Part shown: positions 15,001-20,929 of the stretch, one piece after another
How the letters are laid out: each line of letters starts with the position of its first letter
Numbering within the stretch: the first letter of the stretch is position 1
Assembly: GCA_027031765.1 (NCBI GenBank)
Contig: JALVPN010000031.1
Location: forward strand, 13,685-34,613
From: Promethearchaeota archaeon
Lineage (GTDB): Archaea; Asgardarchaeota; Thorarchaeia; Thorarchaeales; Thorarchaeaceae
Direction of reading: 5' to 3'
Length of the DNA stretch: 20,929 bases
Notes under the pieces: generated by a model
Told to the model about the DNA's origin: nothing
What the model saw: only the letters and a program-made list of their open reading frames with translations
Databases searched by the model: none
Position numbers and translations under genes: made by a program

Positions 15001-15684
15001 GTGTCGACCGGGACGATAATGCGACTACTGAGGGTGACACGGGAGAGCCCCGTCCTGACCGACGTCACGGAGCAGGAGATGGCTGCACTCGAACAGGTCG
15101 GAGTAGAGTGCGTAGGTGGGGCCTGGCATGTCAGACGCTACCACAGGGTGCGTCTTGCAGTCGAGGCGGTTACCGCGGGTGCGGACATAGAGGACGCAGT
15201 CAGGTACCTCACATGGAAGGACTTCGAGTCCTTCGTAGCAGAGGTGCTGCGTCTGAACGACTACGAGTGCCTTGAGAGCTTCAGGGAGAGGGGACGGGAG
15301 GACAGACCGGGGATGGAAATCGATGTGGTGGGTGTACGTGACAACACCGTGCTGGCCATTGATGCGAAGATGTGGGGCGTGCGGGGTGGCAAGGCGTCGG
15401 CACTTAGGCAGGCAGTGGAACGACAGGTGCTACGGGCCCAGCGGCTGGCCACGCACCTCGACCGGCTTGCAGACAGACTGCCACTCGCACCCCAGGAAAC
15501 ATACCATGTCCTACCTGTGGTCGTGACGTGGCTGACCGAAGACCTCTACGTGCATGATGGGGTGCCGGTAGTGCCGGTCTTCAGACTCAACTCCTTCGTC
15601 CTCGAACTGGACGCACATTCATACGAGCTGCTCACGTTCAGTGGCACAACCGGTGGGACGACAGGGCCAGTCGCAGGGCCGTGA
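15001..15684 (+). CDS. PD-(D/E)xK nuclease, Mrr_cat/restriction endonuclease-like, 227 aa
   Basis: LTWKDFESFVAEVL, EIDVVG and IDAKMW give an intact E...D...DxK catalytic arrangement. Confidence 0.8.
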   Translation: MSTGTIMRLLRVTRESPVLTDVTEQEMAALEQVGVECVGGAWHVRRYHRVRLAVEAVTAGADIEDAVRYLTWKDFESFVAEVLRLNDYECLESFRERGREDRPGMEIDVVGVRDNTVLAIDAKMWGVRGGKASALRQAVERQVLRAQRLATHLDRLADRLPLAPQETYHVLPVVVTWLTEDLYVHDGVPVVPVFRLNSFVLELDAHSYELLTFSGTTGGTTGPVAGP

Positions 15685-15854
15685 CAGCAGGGCCGTACCG
15701 CATGACGTGTGGCGTATGACTACGCCGGGCCCAGCCACCGCCACCAGCAGTTGTGCAGTCCGTATGCAGACGCATGGTCGGTAAGACCTGCGACTACCAC
15801 ACCCCTGAGAGGCCCACCGCTGAACAGGTGGGTCGACGGCTGGTGTCCCAGCCA

Positions 15855-15867
15855 TAAAGTAAAAATA
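15855..15867 (+). promoter_or_regulatory. Putative promoter of tRNA-Gln
   Basis: TAAAGTAAAAATA ends 25 nt before the tRNA 5' end. Confidence 0.5.
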
Positions 15868-15892
15868 CGGATTGCTGAGTGGTACTGCTCGA

Positions 15893-15968
15893 AGCCCCGT
15901 GGTGTAGCGGTCCAGCATCAGGGGTTCTGGCCCCCTGGACCCAGGTTCGAGTCCTGGCGGGGCTACCA
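15893..15968 (+). tRNA. tRNA-Gln(CTG), intronless, CCA encoded
   Basis: Acceptor stem AGCCCCG/CGGGGCT, anticodon stem AGGGG/CCCCT with loop TTCTGGC (CTG at 15927-15929), T arm CCAGG-TTCGAGT-CCTGG, then ACCA. The A1-U72 pair is typical of archaeal tRNA-Gln. Confidence 0.97.
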
Positions 15969-16090
15969 CTCCCACATCTTCTCGCCCCGATTCTTGAGGC
16001 CCATACACCAGTTCGTATACGATGGGGACATGGCTTCACAGACCGACCGATTAATTAGCAAGGGGCGTGGCCACCGTGAGTGGTGAGAAG

Positions 16091-16834
16091 ATGCCTCTTT
16101 GGGCGGAGCTGACTCGGATTGGCTTCATACGGGCAGCCGAAGAGACCGAGGTGGCGGTCATGGTGACCGGGGCGGTCGAGGCCCACGGTACCCACATGCC
16201 GCTGGGCACGGACGTGATCTTGCCGACGTACATCACGGAAACGGTTGCCAAGAGGACAAAGGCCCTCGTACTCCCCCCAGTGCCATTCGGGGACAGCTGG
16301 ATATTCGAGCCGTACCAGGGGACGGTGAGCGTACGGCCGGTGACACTCATCGCCTTCTATGCGGACGTCATGGAGTCCGTGTTCAGGCATGGCTTCAGGT
16401 TCATAGTCGTCGTGAACGGGCACGGGGGCAATGTGTCACACCTGAGGGACGCTGCAAAACGGGCGACGGACGGTGGCGACAGGGCAGTTATCATAGTGAA
16501 CTGGTGGCACGACCTAGGCAAGGAGGCCAGGAGGAACGTCATCGAGACCATCGACGGACATGCGGCTGAGGACGAGACGTCAGAGATGTTGTACGTCCGG
16601 CCGGAGCTCGTGGACATGAAGAGCGCTCAGCCCGCAGTGTCAGACTCAAAGTACATAGTGGTGTCGGCGAACTACAGGAGCGAGCTCTACCCGTCGGCTG
16701 TCCACGGTGACCCCAGGCCTGCTACGGCCGAGAAGGGCCGTGCGATAGTGGAGGCTGCAATTGACGAGCTCATAGAACTCATAGAAACGCTCGAGCGTGG
16801 TGAAATCCCAATCGAGATACGACAGGGATACTAG
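16091..16834 (+). CDS. Creatininase/ArfB-family amidohydrolase
   Basis: GAVEAHGTHMPLGTD, VNGHGGN and HAAEDETS metal-binding motifs. GTG 16067 is an alternative start. Confidence 0.9.
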   Translation: MPLWAELTRIGFIRAAEETEVAVMVTGAVEAHGTHMPLGTDVILPTYITETVAKRTKALVLPPVPFGDSWIFEPYQGTVSVRPVTLIAFYADVMESVFRHGFRFIVVVNGHGGNVSHLRDAAKRATDGGDRAVIIVNWWHDLGKEARRNVIETIDGHAAEDETSEMLYVRPELVDMKSAQPAVSDSKYIVVSANYRSELYPSAVHGDPRPATAEKGRAIVEAAIDELIELIETLERGEIPIEIRQGY

Positions 16835-17661
16835 AGGCCCACTTTGAATATGAGCGAGTCGCGCAGAATGCGCTGGAACATCCGGAGCAGGTTCGTGCCC
16901 TGTGTGGCGATGGTCTCGAACACAGGGTGTCCCTGCAAATCCAGCATGTCAATCATGTAGTCCACCGGCAGGGCGTTCGGCAGGTCACGCTTGTTCAGGG
17001 CCACCACCAACGGCATCATTGCCATGCGGTCGGTCCCGAGGGCGATACGCAGCTCCTCGATTGATGCCATGTTCTCAGCCATCTGCTCGGGCGCACTGTC
17101 AGCCATGAAGATTATGCCGTCGACACCACGGAGGACAGCAATGCGGTTGCTGGCGTGTCTGCGCTGTCCGGCCACGGTGAACACATCAAAGACCACCTTG
17201 CTGCTGGCAGTGACAGGCACGAAGTCGAAGAACGTCGTCCGCCCCAGGTCGTCAGAAATCTCTACAATGCGGCCCTTGCCCAGTGAGCGCACGTTCGCGA
17301 AGAGCCACCTCAGGGCAGTGGTCTTGCCTGAGAGAGAGGGGCCGTAGAACACAATCTTGAGGTGGATCCGTCCGAGGGCATCACGTCTGAGAGCACGTCC
17401 AGGCACGACCTCAACTGTACGCTGTGGTGGGACATGCATTGCCGGCGCCACACCCGTGACCTGTACGTTGTCGGGTGTCACAACAAGGCTCTCTGTCGGT
17501 CTTGTAACATAGGATGTCCCTTGGTCAGTAGGCTCGGTGTTGAACGTTTCCACTGTGTCACTCGGCCCTTGCCCGGCAGACGCCTGTGATGGGCCGTGTG
17601 ACTCCTCCGCACGGTCCTTCCCCCGTCTCAGGCGTTCCGCAAGACGTCGCAGTAGAGACAA
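16831..17661 (-). CDS. MglA-like small GTPase with ~95-aa N-terminal extension, 276 aa
   Basis: KIVFYGPSLSGKTT, RTTFFDF, TVAGQ, RGVDGIIFMADS and NKRDL match the MglA family. The stop overlaps the convergent amidohydrolase stop (CTAG 16831-16834). Confidence 0.88.
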   Translation of the reverse strand: MSLLRRLAERLRRGKDRAEESHGPSQASAGQGPSDTVETFNTEPTDQGTSYVTRPTESLVVTPDNVQVTGVAPAMHVPPQRTVEVVPGRALRRDALGRIHLKIVFYGPSLSGKTTALRWLFANVRSLGKGRIVEISDDLGRTTFFDFVPVTASSKVVFDVFTVAGQRRHASNRIAVLRGVDGIIFMADSAPEQMAENMASIEELRIALGTDRMAMMPLVVALNKRDLPNALPVDYMIDMLDLQGHPVFETIATQGTNLLRMFQRILRDSLIFKVGL

Positions 17662-17697
17662 TCCACTCTCTCCTTGCTCTAACGGAAGAGACTATGA

Positions 17698-17708
17698 CTT
17701 AAATCTTC
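17698..17708 (-). promoter_or_regulatory. Putative BRE-TATA (GAAGATTTAAG) for the GTPase gene
   Basis: Ends 36 nt upstream of TTG 17661, with AGGAG in between. Confidence 0.45.
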
Positions 17709-17961
17709 GGGCATCACGCCTGTAGACCGGGGCTGCGACCGCACTGGGCGCGCACCCGACACCTCTCACTATGGGGGGTAACACGCCATCAGAAGACCCC
17801 TACACGGTGCGGACTACAGACCACATGACCCGAGCACTACACGGAGCGGAGCACATCGGGTCTGGGCTGTAGGTACCCCGTCACGGGCGGGACAGGAGTG
17901 CCTGTCCGCTCAGAGGACCGTGTTCGTCACACTTATTTCGAGGGGTCGTGGTGAAGAGGCT

Positions 17962-19086
17962 ATGCCAGTGCCAGTCGGTCGGGGGCTGATAGAGCAAGAG
18001 TTCCCTGCTCTCTCGTCACTCACGTACCTGAACACAGCCTTTGCAGGCCTGCCACCCAAGTCCACGGTGGAGGCCATGTACCAGTACATGCACGACAGGA
18101 TGCATGTCAGGTGGAGTTTTGAGAAGACCTTTGAGATTGTTGACTCGTGCCGTGAACTACTGACGAGGTTCCTTGGGGGGGATGCCTCAGAGTACGGGCT
18201 TGTCGCCAGTACGTCAGCGGGCCTCAACGCCATCGCACAGGCAATCGAGTACCCCGAGGGGGCGAACATTGTGCTCTGCGACCTCGAGTTCCCGGCGAAC
18301 TTCCTGCCGTGGCAGAGTGTGTGCAGACAGAGGGGCCTGGAACTCAGGGTTGTGAGGTCAGAGGACGGCGCTGCATCCGCGGAACAGTTCGCAGAGCTGA
18401 TAGACGACAGGACAAGGGTCGTTGCGGTCAGTCATGTCCAGTTCGGGACTGGCTATAGGGTGGACCTGGAGGTACTGGCACGCACAGTCCACGAGGTGGG
18501 CGGCGTCCTAGTGTCCGATATCATCCAGTCAGCAGGGTGGATGGACATGGACCTGGACAAGATGGGGGTGGACTTTGCGGCTGCCCAGGGTTCCAAGTGG
18601 CTACTTGCGCCCAACGGTACCGGGTTTGTGTTTGCGAGGCGGGAGGCCATGAGAGAGGTCACACCAAGGCTGTACGGGTGGTGGAGCGTAGAGGACATGC
18701 TAGACCTCAAGTACGGGGAGAAGAGACCGGCCGGGGACGCAAGGGTGTTCCAGCTCGGGATGCCGGCACTCGTGACCTATGTCGGCCTGGTCCGGTCACT
18801 GAGGCTTCTGCTGGACATTCCAGCGGCAGAACGCGAGGGGCTGGCCATGGGACTCGCTGCACACCTCAGGGATGCACTCACTGACATGGGAGTCGAGTAC
18901 TATGACTTCGGTCCCGACGGCTACTCACCGATAGTGTCGTGTGCTGTGCAGGACGCCAAGGCACTCAAGGAGCGACTGAGAGCACACAGTGTCCACTGCT
19001 CAGTGCGACAGGGACGGCTGAGGGTCTCACCGTATATATACAACGACCGCGAGGACATTGAGAAACTGCTTGATGCCCTGAGGTGA
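17962..19086 (+). CDS. PLP-dependent class V aminotransferase-fold enzyme
   Basis: YLNTA, EFPAN, SHVQFGTG, DIIQSAG and GSKWLLAP (PLP lysine), then LRVSPYIYN. Start set at ATG 17962; the track uses 17920. Confidence 0.9.
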   Translation: MPVPVGRGLIEQEFPALSSLTYLNTAFAGLPPKSTVEAMYQYMHDRMHVRWSFEKTFEIVDSCRELLTRFLGGDASEYGLVASTSAGLNAIAQAIEYPEGANIVLCDLEFPANFLPWQSVCRQRGLELRVVRSEDGAASAEQFAELIDDRTRVVAVSHVQFGTGYRVDLEVLARTVHEVGGVLVSDIIQSAGWMDMDLDKMGVDFAAAQGSKWLLAPNGTGFVFARREAMREVTPRLYGWWSVEDMLDLKYGEKRPAGDARVFQLGMPALVTYVGLVRSLRLLLDIPAAEREGLAMGLAAHLRDALTDMGVEYYDFGPDGYSPIVSCAVQDAKALKERLRAHSVHCSVRQGRLRVSPYIYNDREDIEKLLDALR

Positions 19087-19090
19087 TGGG

Positions 19091-19777
19091 ATGTTCGGAC
19101 CGCCAAGACACATAACAGGACCGTTCTATATCATTGTCAGCAACTACTTTGACAGCAACATAGTCTATTTTGAGAGCGACGACCACCATGTGATTGTTGA
19201 CACCGGCACGGGTATGTACGTGGAGGGCCTTGACAGGGCCCTGCGCAACGTCGGCACCTCCCTGGATGACATCACCGACATCATCCTCACACACAGCCAC
19301 ATTGACCATGTGGGGGGCATAGTGAAGATGCCGGCATTCGATGGCAGGACATACCTCCACAAGGACGAGGCCGACCGTATCAACAGCGGCGACATGACGC
19401 TGACACTCGCCGAAACGTTCGGGGTCGAACTCCCACCGTTCCGCATCAGCACGCCCGTACGGGACGGTGATGTCCTCGACTTTGGGGACGTGCAGCTCCG
19501 CGTAGTCCACACGCCGGGGCACTCAGCAGGTAGCTCGTGCTTCTACGAGGAGCGGCAGCGGGTCATGATCACCGGCGACACCATGTTTGCAGGTGGCAGC
19601 TTTGGGAGGGTGGACTTTCCCACAGGCGACCCACGCCAGCTGGTCGAGTCGTTGAAGAGGCTATCAGAGATAGAGTTCGACTTTGCGCTGCCGGGCCACA
19701 TGAGCCCGGTGACTGGCGATGGCACGAACGCAGCACTGCACTCGTACCGCATGGCAAAGAGCATGTTCATGTTGTAG
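19091..19777 (+). CDS. Metallo-beta-lactamase-fold hydrolase (glyoxalase II-like)
   Basis: THSHIDHVGG, HTPGHSAGS, TGDTMF and PGH motifs; GAGGTGA upstream. Confidence 0.92.
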   Translation: MFGPPRHITGPFYIIVSNYFDSNIVYFESDDHHVIVDTGTGMYVEGLDRALRNVGTSLDDITDIILTHSHIDHVGGIVKMPAFDGRTYLHKDEADRINSGDMTLTLAETFGVELPPFRISTPVRDGDVLDFGDVQLRVVHTPGHSAGSSCFYEERQRVMITGDTMFAGGSFGRVDFPTGDPRQLVESLKRLSEIEFDFALPGHMSPVTGDGTNAALHSYRMAKSMFML

Positions 19778-20756
19778 GGAGGAGGGCGGCCAGTTCACCG
19801 GGTGCATACCTGCGTTTCGGGGGCACAAGGCCCGACCCACGGAGATAGCTGGACTCCACGGCCTTGACGAGGGCATACACGGTCTCGTTCAGAGGCGTCG
19901 GTACACCCACCCTGCGTGCAGCAGCCACAACCTCACCGGTGATGCTGTCAATCTCGGTGCGCTTCTGTGCCAGCACATCCCGTAGCATGGAGTTGATGTT
20001 CTGCGCCGTTGCCTTTGCGGTACCCAGCGTATAGCCAATCGGGTTCTCGGTTGTCAGGCGCACCCCCAGGGCGTGCGCCACCGCGGTGGCCTCGTTGACA
20101 AGTCCAATCACAACACGGCGCAGGCCCGGGTCAGCATGTATCTCCCCGTTCGACAGGCCCGTCAGCGCTGCAACCGGGTTCAGCCCGCAGTTCACAATCG
20201 TCTTCGTCCACACAACACCCTCAATATTGTCTGAGGCCCGCGTCTCAAAGCCGGCGTGGTGCAACATCTTGACCACACTGTCCACGGTCTCAGAGTACTG
20301 CGGGTCAATAGTACCGACCTCGGTCAGGCCGATGCCGGTGGCGGTGACCTGGCCCGGGGCAGTGACCAGTGCACCCATACATGTGGTACCGCGCAGCACC
20401 CGTCGCGTGCCAAGTGCTGCCGCGACGCGGCGCTCAATGCCCAAGCCGTTCTGAAGACTGAACACAGTCGCCCCACCGTCGACGAGGTGGCGGACGCTCA
20501 GCGCAGCCGGGACCGCATCGTATGCCTTTGTAGTGAGGACTACGAGGTCAGCAGATCTCACCTCCCCCGGCTCATCCGTGGCATCAACACTGACCGTGTG
20601 GTTGCCGAGGACACCCCTGATCTCAAGGCCACGCGCCGCTATTGTCGTGACGTGTGGTGCACGGCCAACAAGGACGACATCAGCAGCACCTGCCGCCGCG
20701 AGCATCCCACCGTAGAGGCTCCCAATGGCACCTGCACCGACGATGACCACCCGCAC
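19767..20756 (-). CDS. panE: 2-dehydropantoate 2-reductase (ketopantoate reductase)
   Basis: VIVGAGAIGSLYG Rossmann motif, TKAYD, QNGLG, WTKTIVNCGLNP, and NSMLRDV...RTEIDSITG. Confidence 0.92.
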   Translation of the reverse strand: MRVVIVGAGAIGSLYGGMLAAAGAADVVLVGRAPHVTTIAARGLEIRGVLGNHTVSVDATDEPGEVRSADLVVLTTKAYDAVPAALSVRHLVDGGATVFSLQNGLGIERRVAAALGTRRVLRGTTCMGALVTAPGQVTATGIGLTEVGTIDPQYSETVDSVVKMLHHAGFETRASDNIEGVVWTKTIVNCGLNPVAALTGLSNGEIHADPGLRRVVIGLVNEATAVAHALGVRLTTENPIGYTLGTAKATAQNINSMLRDVLAQKRTEIDSITGEVVAAARRVGVPTPLNETVYALVKAVESSYLRGSGLVPPKRRYAPGELAALLPTT

Positions 20757-20929
20757 TATGCGTCCACCCCCTGCGACGACATTGGGCCACCACTTGCAGC
20801 CATCCGTTCAAGGTGTTCCATCATCAGTCGGATTGAGCCTGCCCTGTTGGCAAGGTTGTCGAATGACTCCACTATCTGCTGGAGCCGTGCCCTGTCCCTG
20901 CCACGGCGTTCGCGGGCATGGCGTACCGT
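20756..20929 (-). CDS. 3' end of a probable archaeal phosphopantothenate synthetase (PPS), truncated by the window edge
   Basis: Manual translation TVRHARERRGRDRARLQQIVESFDNLANRAGSIRLMMEHLERMAASGGPMSSQGVDA* resembles the PPS C-terminus as recalled (helix, IVxxYDN, helix). Its TAG overlaps the panE GTG. Confidence 0.55.
   Translation of the reverse strand, partial: TVRHARERRGRDRARLQQIVESFDNLANRAGSIRLMMEHLERMAASGGPMSSQGVDA

Noticed and set aside
15893-15968. tRNA as an integration site for a mobile element
   Set aside because: No duplicated tRNA 3' end, integrase or compositional break is visible in the window.
17962-19086. Cysteine desulfurase or selenocysteine lyase call linking this gene to the selenoprotein candidate
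   Set aside because: The catalytic Cys loop and conserved His are missing, and the gene lies more than 4 kb away in a different transcription unit.
1-20929. CRISPR array, IS element, rRNA
   Set aside because: No regularly spaced repeats, terminal inverted repeats, transposase motifs or rRNA-like tracts were seen.

Overview
GC-rich, gene-dense archaeal DNA. The gene content (archaeal DtdA, A1-U72 tRNA-Gln, archaeal phosphopantothenate synthetase, TATA and GAGGTGA Shine-Dalgarno (SD) signals, Rab-like and MglA-like GTPase folds, eukaryote-like CIA2) points to an Asgard archaeon, probably Thorarchaeia-like; this is inference, with no search run. I support about 22 CDS and one intronless tRNA-Gln(CTG), and see no CRISPR array, transposase or integrase. 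The top observation is a candidate new selenoprotein. The ORF-track gene 12849..13550 extends upstream in frame to an SD-preceded ATG at 12747, through a single UGA at codon 25 in a C-A-S-U (CxxU) context. A eukaryote-type SECIS-like hairpin (AUGA...AAA...GA) starts on its stop codon. Other highlights are a 1298-aa TrmB-family protein whose two domains are separated by about 1100 aa of helix (11-residue periodicity where counted), lying in a same-strand cluster of coiled-coil proteins; a Rab-like pseudo-GTPase; a FAM96/CIA2-like Fe-S targeting factor; a long disordered protein ending in polyproline plus a helix; and an unannotated 36-codon ORF with a perfect SD. Family assignments come from motif recall, not database searches.
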